From positions 10,492 through 74,491 of the forward strand of contig MU626366.1 in the NCBI GenBank assembly GCA_025603075.1: 64,000 nucleotides of DNA, written 5' to 3'. Shown here in pieces: positions 30,690-43,675 of the stretch. A program made the position numbers and the translations under genes. Within the stretch, counting starts at the first letter, position 1. The number at the start of each line of letters is the position of its first letter. The stretch comes from Neoconidiobolus thromboides FSU 785 (taxonomy: Eukaryota > Fungi > Entomophthoromycota). The notes below the pieces were generated by a model. It was given only the letters and a program-made list of their open reading frames with translations. It made no database searches and had not been told where the DNA came from.

Positions 30690-32174
30690 ATGATGCATTT
30701 AATAAATTTAAAGTTACATTGCCTGGTATTAGTAATACTATTACTGATTGTTAGTTTAAATGCTCAGGAAATCGTAGCTCCAAAAAGCGATATTGACTCG
30801 GGTAGTGTACTATCGAATGGCGGATGCTTTATAGATGATGATACACTTTATTATTTTGGAGGATCTTTTGAAAAGTTAGAGAGTAATACATATAATACAA
30901 ATATGTATACATTGGGGTTGGAGGCAGGTGTTACTGTAGCAGCTGCTCCTTTCAAAGCTGGAAATGATCATATGTTAAAGTCACAGGGGTTTGGATTTGG
31001 ATATAATGCCAATAAATCAATGCTAACAGTAATAGGTGGTACTATTCCAGAAGATGGTAGGATAGTTAATAAGTATGATATTGAAAAAGGAACGTGGATA
31101 GATCCCAACAAATCAAATGAGCAGATCAAACAACACCTTGGAGACGTTGTAATTGATTCAGGTACTCTCACTATGAATTCAATCAACACAAACTACTATT
31201 ACCAATATGGGGGTATAACTAAGAAAGATAAAAATTTAGCAATTGAAAAGCCTACTTTACTTATTTATGATGAAAGCAAAGATGAAATTGAATTTGTTGA
31301 TAACTTGGGAATATCAAAGTACCATTATTTACATGATCATTCTGCTACATTCTATCAAAATCACGTTTATTTCATTGGTGGTGTACAAAGTGACCATAAA
31401 CACTTTCAGCCAATTAATGAAATCTTAGTGTACGATGTTAAAAGCAAGAACATGACTATAAAATACGGTAGTGGTAGTGTACCACCAAACCGCAGGGGAC
31501 ATTCTGCTACACTTGCTTTAGGCCATATTTATATCGTGGGTGGGAGTACTAGCTTAGATAAAGGGAAATTTGAAACAGACCATAATATATATCGTTTAAA
31601 CTTAAAAACATTTATTTGGCAAAATTTTACAATACCAAATTTTATTCCAACTTATCAAGGATGTCTAGAGACTTACCAAAGCAATATACTCGTTTATAGT
31701 TTCGGTTTTAACCAATCAAGAAAAGGCAGTATTTTTCAAATGATAAGTGTAGGGAATGAAAATGTCGCAGTACCAATATTTAAAAATACTGTTGTTGAGG
31801 CTAGAAATACTCGACTTACTTATGAATTATCTTATAAAGCAACTTATTTAGGTACAGGTATAGCAGCAGTTGTTGGCCTTGTGCTATTCTTAATCATGTT
31901 TTTTATATTCTTTAGAATTTTACAGAAAACTTCACCAGTTTTAAAACAAAGTGCTAATAAAAAGAAATTGAATGAGATAATTGAGCCCAAACCTGCCTTA
32001 TTTAAGTTCCCTTCACGGTCTAAAGAAAGTGAAATCCTGTTAGAGACAAGATTGGTTGAAGATGACGATAACCAGATGCCTTCAGATCGTTTTAGTGATT
32101 CTTTCATTCAATTCTCGGAAGAGTCAAACTCAAACAACGTGATCAACGTGAGTGATGCTTCACGATATAGCTAA
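30690..32174 (+). CDS. Kelch-repeat type I membrane protein (signal peptide, beta-propeller, TM helix, cytosolic tail), intronless
   Basis: Hydrophobic N-terminus, Kelch motifs (LYYFGG, HSAT...VYFIGG, RRGHSAT...IYIVGG) and a TM segment GIAAVVGLVLFLIMFFIFF followed by basic residues. Confidence 0.8.
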   Translation: MMHLINLKLHCLVLVILLLIVSLNAQEIVAPKSDIDSGSVLSNGGCFIDDDTLYYFGGSFEKLESNTYNTNMYTLGLEAGVTVAAAPFKAGNDHMLKSQGFGFGYNANKSMLTVIGGTIPEDGRIVNKYDIEKGTWIDPNKSNEQIKQHLGDVVIDSGTLTMNSINTNYYYQYGGITKKDKNLAIEKPTLLIYDESKDEIEFVDNLGISKYHYLHDHSATFYQNHVYFIGGVQSDHKHFQPINEILVYDVKSKNMTIKYGSGSVPPNRRGHSATLALGHIYIVGGSTSLDKGKFETDHNIYRLNLKTFIWQNFTIPNFIPTYQGCLETYQSNILVYSFGFNQSRKGSIFQMISVGNENVAVPIFKNTVVEARNTRLTYELSYKATYLGTGIAAVVGLVLFLIMFFIFFRILQKTSPVLKQSANKKKLNEIIEPKPALFKFPSRSKESEILLETRLVEDDDNQMPSDRFSDSFIQFSEESNSNNVINVSDASRYS

Positions 32175-32397
32175 TTTTACTTTTACTTTATATGTTCCTA
32201 ATTAAAACTGTCTTTTATTCTTAATTTATTCAATTTTATGCAAAAAACAGTTGATTATAAATATGTTATTTTATTTATTAGTATTCATAAAATTTCAATT
32301 ATAATATTGTTTTATTTAGAAATATATATAGCTATATTTACTAGTTTATGATCAATGTAAATATATGGAAAAATTTAACCTCAAATTTAAACAGCTA

Positions 32398-33477
32398 TCA
32401 GTTATGAGTTTTAGCTTCACTACATGCAACTGAATCAAAATGACGGTATAGTATTTCTCCAAGTAATGTGTAGAATGGGGAAGCAAATATATCGAGAATT
32501 GTTTGTTCACGTGGGTTTAAGCCATTGGAGAGAGCTCTTGCCATAAATCCAATATAATCCGAACAGATGTTATAATTTTCTCTTGTTATGCCTTTTAATA
32601 GACAAGTTGCAGCATAGTCAGAAGTAATTGTGTCTACGCTACCCTCAATTGCTCTAGTTACTTTAGGTTTAGTAAGGTTCTCAACTTCGAATCCTGGTGA
32701 ATCAATAGCTCCGGGTAAGAAATGATGTAACTTTACATTAGGATAGAAACAAGACTCATTACGGAGATTCTCAAAGAACGCTCTAAGGGCAGTTTTACTT
32801 GCACCATAAGCAGTGGAACCAGACATAGGACAACAAGAAGCAAGAGAGCCAACAGAAATAATACGCTCTGGATAATACTGCTTACCTTTAGTGTCACCAA
32901 GTAATAATAAGCTACGAACTACATTTACTGGTCCAAAATAGTTAAGGTCCATCATACTTCTTTCATTCTTTGGTAAATGACTTTTTTCATGGTTGAAGAG
33001 TTCTAATTGAGCTCTGCCAGAGGAAATAACTACCCAATCAACCTTTCCTACCCTTTCAACTAATTTTAAAATAGATTCATTTACTTTTTCTGGGTTAGTT
33101 ACATCCATTTTCAAACCTTCAATTTCAATACCAATATCAGCGTTTGCTTTACATTCTTCAACAGCGTAGTCTAAACGAGATAATCCTTTTTCGTCAAAAT
33201 CAGTGCCTCTAGCAGAGAGTGTGATTCTAGAAGCACCGAGCTTTGATAATGAGATAGCAAGTGATTTACCTAAACCTTGGGAAGCACCGATCACTAAAAT
33301 ATGACGACCTTCGACTTTTTTTTTGTTAATTGGCAATAAAAGACCGATTTGGAAAACTAAAAATGATAAAATGACTGCAATTAAAGGAATAGCAATAGTG
33401 AACAATATGAAACATATTAAAAACTCCCAACCGTAGCTGGTAAATAATGTTGTAAAATCCATTTTGATAAAAGACAA
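32398..33477 (-). CDS. TSC10: 3-ketodihydrosphingosine reductase (Tsc10/KDSR), intronless
   Basis: SDR GASQGLG and YGASK, plus the KDSR-type segment PGAIDSPGFEVENLTKPKVT..IEG and a membrane-proximal C-terminus. Confidence 0.82.
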   Translation of the reverse strand: MSFIKMDFTTLFTSYGWEFLICFILFTIAIPLIAVILSFLVFQIGLLLPINKKKVEGRHILVIGASQGLGKSLAISLSKLGASRITLSARGTDFDEKGLSRLDYAVEECKANADIGIEIEGLKMDVTNPEKVNESILKLVERVGKVDWVVISSGRAQLELFNHEKSHLPKNERSMMDLNYFGPVNVVRSLLLLGDTKGKQYYPERIISVGSLASCCPMSGSTAYGASKTALRAFFENLRNESCFYPNVKLHHFLPGAIDSPGFEVENLTKPKVTRAIEGSVDTITSDYAATCLLKGITRENYNICSDYIGFMARALSNGLNPREQTILDIFASPFYTLLGEILYRHFDSVACSEAKTHN

Positions 33478-34318
33478 AACTAGAATTTTGATTTTATAAT
33501 GTATGTAATTGTTTTAACCAATCATTTAAAAGTTCTACAGTATTGTTAAATTACTTAAAATATAATAAAATTAATTTATATGATACTATAATTATCCTTC
33601 TCATAATTTAAAATGTTTTTACTATTTATAAAAAAATAATATCTAAAGTTGAGTTATTCAAGTGATAAAAAACACTAGCTGGCTTAGCTTTATATTACTA
33701 CAGTTTATCAATACATTATTTATATGATTAAGCTAATAATTTATTAATATAATATTTATCTATACATGGTTAGGATTGAAATGAAATTCAAATATGTGGA
33801 ATTTAGAACGGAATTAACTTTGTGGAATTTAATCAATTTGCTACTTGAGCTTATGTAACATTTTATTATTAGACTTTTTTTTCAAAATATTACTAGACTA
33901 ACAAACTAATAGTGATCTTAATTAAATGAAGGGGAGAGATTGATTATAATAAGATGAAATCACCATATAAGATTAAATAGTAATTAGAATACAAATAAGC
34001 CCAAAGCAACACATAGCAAAACCTTTATTATTAAAATTTTTTTTAGACACAGATTTTGCCAAAGTTTAAGAATCAGGCTTTAAAAAAAGCAAGGAAACAA
34101 ATAATAATTAAAAGTTTTGTGAGGAATTACATATTTGAATTTTAACAACTGTATCGTTAGAAATAGTATCTATATGCAAGATAACTATATTTAGCTATAC
34201 TTAACTATATTATACAGTATTTTTGTCTTGAAATATTTAATTTGAATATCTAATTAATAAACCAGTTCAATTTGTTTGAGATTTCAACTACAAAATAACT
34301 TATTTTTTAAAAATTACT

Positions 34319-34415
34319 GTAGAGGATGTTTTTTTGATTTCAGCACTTTTCTCATTCTCTAAGCGCTATTTGAATAGAAAGGTTAGTAAAATTCTCTAAA
34401 AAAATATCTCTTATA
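34319..34415 (-). mobile_element. Foldback repeat, copy 9 (degenerate)
   Basis: Retains AAGCGCTATTTGA and GTTAGTAAAATTCT. Confidence 0.7.
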
Positions 34416-34840
34416 AACATTGGTAACAATATTTGGGTTTTTTTCTTTAAAGTATAAAAAACAATCGCTTGTAAACTTGTGTAAATGTTTTGAAAGTAAT
34501 AATGTCAAGATTTTGATAACTTTTATGACCTATTTTTAAAATTTTAAAAAATGAATACATATATTATACTACGTGCAAATACTGTACAATATATATTAGA
34601 TAAACTAGTTTGATAAATTCAAATTTATTATATCTGTAGTCACCAATAAACAATAGTAACGTAAATGAATAATTTTTGAACAATTAGTTGAAAGGCAAAA
34701 TGAAATTGGCCAATCATAATTTAATAAATATTAAGAACTTTGCATATTTTTATTGTTATTGGTCATTTCGAATACGTATTATAATTTTAAGTATCTTAAA
34801 AGTTAGTGTTTAGTTATATTAATAAATCTTCTATTCAAAA

Positions 34841-37800
34841 ATGAAATTGAATATCAAAGTATAATTTGTAAAGTTATAAAGTGCTATATATTAATTTGTT
34901 ATTTTTAGAAAAACTTTTTAACTAGAAGTGATCGAGTTAAATGTGTAGACTTTCATCCCACCGAACCTTGGGTTTTAACAGCTTTATATAATGGAAATGT
35001 CTATATCTGGAATTACAACACTCAAGTACTAACAATCTCTATTAAGAATGTTAAAATACTAATTTTGAATTATATAGAATCTAGTAAAAACACTTGAGGT
35101 TACTGGTGTTCCAGGTAAATTAAAATTTAACTGTTTTATTTTTAATTTAACAAATATTTATTTAAAGTTAGATGTGCTAAATTTATTCCACGTAAAAATT
35201 GGTTTGTAACTGGTTCTGATGATAAACAAATCAGAATATTTAATTATAACACTTTGGAAAAAGTAGCTAGTTTTGATGCACATACAGATTATATTCGTTC
35301 TATTGTTGTACATCCGACGCAGCCAATCATTCTCACTTGTTCCGACGATCTTTCCATTAAATGTTGGGATTGGGAAAAAGGATGGAAATGTCTCCAAGTA
35401 AATAATATTATAATATAAAATATTCTTATTAAATAATGAATAGATTTTTGAAGGCCATACTCATTACATTATGCAATTAGCAATTAATCCCAAAGATACA
35501 AATACATTCGCTTCTGCATCCTTAGATAAAACTGTCAAAGTAAAATATTACATATATTGATACCATAAACTAATAACGTAAAAAGGTATGGAATCTTGGT
35601 TCACCTGTAGCAAATTATACTTTAGAAGGTCATGAAAAGGGAGTAAATTGTGTTGATTATTATCCTGGAGCAGATAAACCTTATCTTATTACTGGGGCTG
35701 ACGATAAATCCGTTAAAATCTGGGATTTTACTACCAAGTCTTGCGTTCAAACAATATCAAGCCATACTAATAATATTACCATTGTTGCTTTCCTTTCAGA
35801 TTTACCGTTGTTTTTAACAGGTTCAGAAGATGGTAATTTTACGCTATAAGATAAATGATGGTTTTATAAGTACTTATTCAACTTACTTAGGTTGGGTTAA
35901 AATTTGGCAGCTAAATACTTATAAGATGGTTACAAATATTAATTATGGATTGGATCGAGCATGGTCTGCTTCTCTTTTAAAAGGAAGCTCCTCTATTGCT
36001 TTAGGATTTGAAGAAGGTACAGCAGTCATCAATCTTGGTAGTGATGATCCAGTTGTCTCTATGGATAATGGTGGAAAAATTATTTGGGCAAAACATTCTG
36101 AAATTCAATCATCGAATATAAAAGCGAGTATTGGTAATTTTTCATAATATGATCAATATTATTGTATTATAATCCCTGATGTTTACTGATAGATACTCAG
36201 CTTATTGACGGAGAACGAGTAATGTTACCAGTTAAGGACCTTGGTAATTGTGAAGTTTATCCCCAAACTTTACAACATAGCCCAAATGGAAGGTAATATA
36301 CATATATATGAATAATCATTTAATTAACACTTAAATTTAATATTATAGGTTTGTTGCAGTTTGTGGAGATGGCGAGTATATAATCTATACAGCTTTAGCA
36401 TGGCGTAATAAAGAATTTGGAAAAGGAAGTGAATTTGTTTGGTCACAAGATTCGAATTTTTATGCAATTCGCAGTTCAAATAACAACATACAATTGTTCA
36501 AAGCATTTAAACCATTGAAAGATTCATTGTCTTCTTTAGAAGATACCCCAGATATGATTTATGGAGGAACACTTTTAGGTATCCGTACAACAGACGAGTC
36601 CCTTTTATTTTTTGATTGGGAATCAAACATTTTAGTTAGAAAAATTGAAGTGACTCCTAAACAAGTAAGATTTAGTATTAATGGTTTAATTTTTACTTAA
36701 TAATTATTTAAGGTATATTGGTCTGAGACTGGGGAATTTGTTGCAGTTGTTTGTGAAGATAGCTTTTACATTTTACAATATAACAGATCTGCATTCTTAG
36801 AATATCTTGAATCAAATGGAGATACTGGCTCAGAAGGCGTTGAAGAGGCATTTGACGTTGTTGCTGAAATTTCAGAAAGGTGATTTTTTAACTTTATTAT
36901 CTGTCAAGTTTCTAATCCTTTCTTTAGCGTCATAACTGGAAAATGGGTGGGAGATTGCTTCCTTTATACATCTTCACTTAACAGACTTAATTATTTGGTT
37001 GGCTCTGAAGTCAATGTTATCACTCATTTTGATCGCCCAATGTATTTACTTGGGTATATTCCACGTGACAGCAGAGTTTATTTGATTGATCGAGACTTTT
37101 CAGTTATTTCATATGCCCTTTCATTAACTGTGCTTGAATTTCAAACATTAGTTCTTAGAGGGGAATTGGACGCAGCTAAAGAGCTTTTACCAACTATCCC
37201 TGAATCTAATAAATCAAAGTTGGCGCAATTCTTAGATTCCCAAGGCTATAAAGAATTAGCTTTAGAAATATCAGACGATCCTGAGCAAAAGTTTGATTTT
37301 GCTATCTCCCTTGGGAATCTTTCTCAAGCAAAGGAAATTGCTGAAAGGTTCGATCATGTTCAAAAGTGGCAATTAATCGCTGACCATGCTTTGCAATCTT
37401 GGGATATTACTTTAGCACAAGAATGTCTTGAAAAAGCAAAAGATTATTCAGGTTTATTATTACTCTACTCTTCTATTTCTGATGTCGAAAGTATTAAACA
37501 ATTAGGAATAAAAGCAAGACAAGAAGGACAAAATAATATTGCATTATTATGTAGTCTTCAACTTGGAGATAATGAAGATATATTTAATATTCTTTTGTCA
37601 ACTGGACGTACTCCTGAAGCTGCACTCTTTTCTAGAACATATATGCCTTCTAAAGTCCCTCAAGCTGTCGAAAGTTGGAAGGAAGAGTTAATTAAAGCCA
37701 ATTACCCCAAGCGCGCTGAAGCTTTAGCTGATCCAGGGTCTTATCCTAATCTTTTTCCTAACTATCAAGGTTCTTTAAGTGCTGAAAAAAGCCCTAAAGA

Positions 37801-38076
37801 AACTCATGATAATGGTGATGTAACACCAACTGCTACTTCACCACAATCAAAAGTAAATGGAACTGAAGTTGAAGTAAGTTAATTATATGGTATATTATAA
37901 AATCTAACATTAGTTAGACTCCTACTGTGGATGATGGGGTTAGTGATGTGATGTCATTAGTAAGTATGGAAGTAAACACTACTGGGACTGGATCTGTTAA
38001 AGGGGACCTTGAAGTTAGTGACGAGGTTATTTCTCCTAATCTCAATGCCGATTCGCTACCAGATTCAATCAAATGA
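34841..38076 (+). CDS. SEC27: Coatomer beta' subunit (Sec27/COPB2), multi-exon
   Basis: MKLNIK...[18 protein letters not shown]40 repeats, [12 protein letters not shown]|[36 protein letters not shown] and [15 protein letters not shown]. Confidence 0.97.
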
Positions 38077-38269
38077 TCTTAAATAGTAACACCAAAATAT
38101 ATTATTGCTACTAAAGTACTGCTATTTAAAGATCTCTTAGGATTTTTAATTCAATAAAAGAAATGTTAAATTTTTACGTTTTTATGAATACAATACTATG
38201 TTAACTAAACTTTTATATTATTATATCCATATATGGTAACTTAATGAATTATCACCTTAATATTTGACA

Positions 38270-38374
38270 ATATGGGGATGTATTTTTTTGTTTAAGAATT
38301 TTACTACAACCTTTCCACTCAAATAGTGCTTAAAAAATGGAAAAATAATGAAACCAAAAAAAACAGCCCCATAT
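38270..38374 (+). mobile_element. Foldback repeat, copy 10
   Basis: ATATGGGGATGT...ACAGCCCCATAT, between the SEC27 stop and the Ecm15-like ATG. Confidence 0.88.
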
Positions 38375-38462
38375 AAACAAATCATCTTGTTTAACAAATC
38401 AAAACTCAAATAACAATGATTACTATTCATTTGGTTTTTTTCATTTTTATTTTCTATTTAAA

Positions 38463-38942
38463 ATGCATGTTGTAGCTGATTTTACAGTAGTTTTTTTTAA
38501 ATAAAGTGGTCATTTAATAATAAAAAAAGGTTATACCTATAGGAGTAGGGACCTCCTTAAGTAGATATGTAGCCGAAGTAGAAAAAATAGTAAAAGGTTC
38601 TGGTATAAAACATTTGATGCATAGCTGTGGAACTGTAAGTTTATTATTTTTTTATAACAATAGTTTAAAAAAATAAGAATTTAGGTAGATAAATATAAAA
38701 TCAGTAGCTTTTTTAGTAATTATAAATAAAGAAGGGGAATGGGAGGACGTTATGGAAGTGATAAAAAATTGTCATGATAAATTACATGAGCTAGGTGTGC
38801 CTAGAGTACATACCAAGTAACCTATTATATTAAAATTTGAAAACATTAACTTTATAATAGTGTCTCCATTGGCTCTCGTACCGATAAGCTTACAACTATT
38901 GAAGGGAAAATACAATCAGTAAATAATAAACTGAATAACTAG
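38463..38942 (+). CDS. Thiamine-binding protein family (UPF0045/MTH1187/Ecm15-like), 5 exons including a 7-nt micro-exon; absent from ORF track
   Basis: Spliced product: MHVVADFTVIPIGVGTSLSRYVAEVEKIVKGSGIKHLMHSCGTNLEGEWEDVMEVIKNCHDKLHELGVPRVHTNVSIGSRTDKLTTIEGKIQSVNNKLNN*. Confidence 0.88.
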
Positions 38943-39734
38943 TCAAATTCATTAATAAAAAGCTCTCTTAAATAAATCAAAACATCATTTTCAATATATT
39001 AAAATTTACTATTCTAATTTAAAATAATAGATTAGGCATAACTTTATGAATAGACACATCATATTATGCTGTTGTATAAAATTCGGTAATAAAAGTATTC
39101 ACACTAAATTTATTTTGAAAAAACAAATAAACATTCAATATTAAACCAAATAAATTATTAATAGCGTTGTTTATTTTATAAGCATGTGTAAGATTTTAAA
39201 TAGAAAGTTAAAATTAGTTTGCTATTTGGAACAAAATCTTTTATAGAAAATTCTTTACAAAAACAGGAAATAAATTTCATCACTCTTAGGAGTTTCTATT
39301 TAGTCAAATCCAAACAAGTCCAAACTTATTAAAATAATAATCATACCGAAAGTTTAACAAATTCTATTTGAATTATGCAAATGCTAATAGTGTATTTTTA
39401 TTTGATATCACGGCTGTGTTACAGATGATGTAAATAAAATAACTTATTTATATTAAATTTTGAAAAATAAAGATAAAAATTTCATACTTTTGCTTAGTAA
39501 TTTTTTACTAAATAAAGAAAGATAAGTAGAAACGAAGATCTAAGCTATCTTGATAAAACCAATAAAATAAACAATATAAAAGAAAAGCATAACAACACCT
39601 CACAAATTTCAATTTTTATATTGATAGTAAAAGTAAATATAGAAATAGTTTTAAGTTAAAGATTAATTAATTCAACAACATCCTACCATCTTATTATCAA
39701 CTATATCTTGTCACTATTCAATATCGAACGAAGA

Positions 39735-42594
39735 ATGAAGGCTTTAAAATTGTTTCACATTCTATTATGTTTAATATTATTACTTGGACTCAACTGTGAA
39801 TCTCAAAAAGAAACATCTATTAACCAAAATATTAACATCGATAAGGACACAAACATATCAAACTCAAACTTAAATCAAAACCATAGTGATGAAAAGTTAA
39901 AAGCGAATGATTTGGAAGCAGTAAGTTATTTGAATCGTTTTATTTATTTTCTTATTAATGATAAATTTAGTGCTCGAAAATTTGGAATCAACATGATCCT
40001 TGTAGTTATGTACGAAAAAATTGTCCAGAATTAAATGAAGGATTTTTTAATTTTATTGAACTTCATTATTGTTATTTAAGGCCGAATATTGGTTCAGTAC
40101 TCGGCGTTTTGCTTTTAGTATCAATTGTTTTTTTACTATTTCTTATGCTTGGCACAATAGCTTCTGATTTCTTTTGTCCTAATTTGGCTTCAATTGCAGA
40201 AGAACTTAAACTTTCAGAATCAGTTGCTGGTGTCACTTTCTTAGCGTTTGGAAATGGCTCACCCGATTTGTTTTCAACTTTTAGTGCATTTAAAGCTAAC
40301 AGTGGTGCACTTGCTATGGGAGAATTAATTGGGGCAGCATGGTTCATCATAAGCGTTGTTGTTGGTTCTATGGCAGTTGTACAATCATTTCAAGTCATTC
40401 GTAAACTATTTATGAGGGATATATTATTTTTTACTGGAGCAGTTATCTTCATACTGATCATTGTATGGGATAGAAAAATAACGCTATCAGAATCATTAGG
40501 TTTGATATTATATTACGTTATTTATGTTGTCACTGTTGTAGTTATGAATTGGTATGGGTTTAAAGGTGAGAATGATAATTTTAAAACAATCCCCTCCAAA
40601 GATGGAGATTTATGGGATGATGATGAAGAACTAGAAGGTTTATTATTAAGCAATATTGAGAGTAAGTTGTCTGCTATAATTTTATAATTGCAGGCAATTT
40701 TAATATAAAACTTCGAATTCTCTAATATTAAATTTATTGAATAATTACTAAATTTAACTATAGGTCTTCCAGAAGAGGATGAAATGGATCAAGCTAATGA
40801 AGCAACACAGCTTATTTCCGATGTTAGACATAGCCCAAACCATTTGATGGTAAGAAATAGAAGATTACCCTCTTTAACCCCAGTAACGTACTATAAAAGG
40901 ATGAATTTCTGGACTGCTGATGAAGTATTTTCAATTTTTTTAGTTAATGTTTTTAATAATGATATTTCAATAGATTGCGAATGCTTTCAATGAAAATTTT
41001 TCAGGTTCTACTACAGGTATACCTCCTTTGTTAAGACGACGTACTGAATTTTTGCCAACTACAGCTAAACTTAATTCTCAAATTGGACGTTCATTAACTG
41101 CTGAAGTCGAGCCGATATCTAGCCATTCGTATACAGATTCACCATCATTGCTTATCCCAGCTATAGGTAATTATTTTTTATTAAATCAAGGGGAATAATT
41201 AACATAATAAATAGATTTCCCAAGTATACATTCTGTCACAAATTCACTTCCTTATCATGGGCCTTCTAAATTTAAACGAGATAATGCTCCAGCTTTCATC
41301 TCAATTCCTGAACCAGGAGCTATAAATGTGTCATCCCCTGCTTCTTTACTTGATTTAGACGAGTGTCAAGATGACTCTGAACCAACAATACTAGCTAATG
41401 ATCAGCCCGGAAATTCAGTTGTAAAATCTCCAGTAGTAGACAACTCAAAACCAACAACTTTATTTCAATTACTGTTCCCAGGATTTATTGACTGGCATGA
41501 CCTCAATTTTTATGAAAAATTTATTAATTTAATTTCTTTACCTTTTATACTTTTATTTACTCTTACAGTCCCTACACCATTAGAAAAAGAATCCCTTATT
41601 GAAAACATAGGAGTTACTTCCCCAATCATTCAACCTATATATATACAAGAATCAAATGATGATCATACATTTTTAGTGCCACACGTAAAATATTTTAGGG
41701 AAAATTTAACTGCAGAATTAGTGTTAGGGTTGTTACAGGCTTTTACTATACCTGTATTTTTATTTGAAACTATTTTAGGTAAATTAAGAAAACTATATTT
41801 TAATAGTAATAATATATTTTATTAGTATCAAATGACTTAGCTGATCGTCAAGACTATTATTGGGCACTTATTATTGGTGGAATATTTTCATTAATCTTTT
41901 TATTTATTACAATGATGAACCATCGATATAATACAAATGCTGCTGATTATACTTTGGTACGCTCTCTACTAGGCTTTTCTCAATCCATATGTTGGATATC
42001 AATGACAGCAACCGAAGTCGTTGATATATTAAGGGTAAATCATACTTGATATTCAATAACAATAATAATTAATACCTACATTTTAAGGCATTTGGTATAA
42101 TATTTGGTATAAGTGAAGAAATAATCGGGTTAACTGTTTTTGCAGTGGTAATATCAATTATAATATTGCTAATAACAAAATACTAAATATACTTTATAGG
42201 GTAATAGTTTGGGTGATTTTGTTGCAAACTTTGCCGTGGCAAGGATGGGATACCCTATGATGGCAGTTTCTGCTTGCTTTGCAGGTCCAATGTTAAGTAA
42301 ATATATCATTGTTTTTGTTTATTATACATCATTAATTTATTTATAGATATGATGCTTGGGCCTGGTATAGCTGGGACTTATCTTGGATTATTTAGGAATA
42401 CAACTACTGAATTACCAGTTTCACATGTTATGACTTCAGCTGGATTAGGGGTATTGTTGGTATTGCTTGCTTATAATATTTATCTTCATTATAATAACTT
42501 CAAAATCGGTAAAAAATTCGGAATCGGATTGATTATAGCTTATTTCTTAGGTATGACTATTAATTTAGTTTTAACTATTTACCGTGTTTATTAA
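39735..42594 (+). CDS. Cation/Ca2+ exchanger (CCX/NCLX/Ecm27-like), multi-exon
   Basis: Alpha-1 repeat FCPNLASIAEELKLSESVAGVTFLAFGNGSPDLFSTF and alpha-2 repeat GLTVFAV|GNSLGDFVAN...GYPMMAVSACFAGPML; Cys-containing luminal N-terminus. Confidence 0.9.
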
Positions 42595-42673
42595 ATCCAA
42601 TTGCACATATATTTTTGCTTACTAACTTAAACATTCTTTAATAAACTGTTTTAATCTCAAGGCATTATATTTA

Positions 42674-42832
42674 GTATGAGAGTGGCTTTTTCTGTTTCAG
42701 CAGTTAATAATTTTATCGATTCTATATTACGTAAAAACGACAAATAATGAAACCAAAAAAACCTCCCTGTTGCTTTATAAAATTAATTGTTACCCAATTG
42801 TTAGTAAATTTTAGACAAATAAAAAATATCTG
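42674..42832. repeat. Relics of the foldback repeat (degenerate + copy and partial - copy)
   Basis: AAATAATGAAACCAAAAAAACCTCCC at 42742-42767 and TTGTTAGTAAATTTTAGACAAATAAAAAATATC at ~42798-42830. Confidence 0.5.
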
Positions 42833-43175
42833 TAAGTGAAAATATGACAACTATTGATTTATTAGACAATAACTATAATATTAGGCATACAACCATAAAT
42901 TATTCTGTGAGTGGGCCAAATGACACTTGGGATTCAACAATAGTTTACAATAATATTTTATTAGGGCTTTTATAATATTAATAGGTACTTTAGTAGCTAA
43001 AATTATAATTATGTAGACACCTTTAATATAATACAAATATAGTGATTTCTTTAATTGTTTCTATTTAATAATAATCTTTTGAATAAGTGTTCCAGAAGAT
43101 ATGCCCCACATATTATGTTACCTTTTTTCTATTCCTTTCATTTGTAAGTACTCTATTTTGAAGTAATATTTATAT

Positions 43176-43675
43176 TTATTCCATATAATTTTTAATTATA
43201 TTATGCTTTATATACATCAATTTATAAAACAAATCTATATCTAAGCCATCCGCGTCAACAATTATCCTTGAACTTAACATAATATTTAATGGTATATGAC
43301 CATCTGAAACTTCTTGAATTAATTTCAAAGCATCTTCATTAGCATCTAAATCCTAATTATATAGTTATTATTATTAAAAAAATATATACTAATCATACTA
43401 TTTCACAAAAAATAAAATATATTCTATTAATTGCAAATTTAAATGGTAGTGAGAGGGTAACATCTACTATAAATAAATAGTTTTCAAACTCAAACCAAGC
43501 CAAATTTTGTGTCAAATCATATTTATATAACCTAACTATCATTAAGTTTATAATTAAACATGAATATAAATTACCTCGCCAGTATTTTCAATTTTTTAGT
43601 TAATCTATTTCGTTTCCATTCCTCTATCAATAACTTTAAGTTATTTGATGGATAATATCGATATCCTTCATTCAT
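43176..43675 (-). CDS. TEN1: TEN1-like OB-fold protein (CST telomere complex), 3 exons, 136 aa; absent from ORF track
   Basis: Introns 43574-43532 and 43398-43353 give MNEGYRYYPS...KKLKILARLYKYDLTQNLAWFEFENYLFIVDVTLSLPFKFAINRIYFIFCEI...MLSSRIIVDADGLDIDLFYKLM. By eye this aligns with the Ten1 pattern (LR.FGRL..YD; V.V....P; ARV....GMNL.L). Confidence 0.7.

Noticed and set aside
40662-40763. Double-length (102-nt) CCX intron with an internal CAG|GC, as possible recursive splicing or a hidden exon
   Set aside because: Using the internal AG as an exon start runs into TAA, and the putative re-formed donor (GCAATT) is weak; simplest reading is one longer intron.
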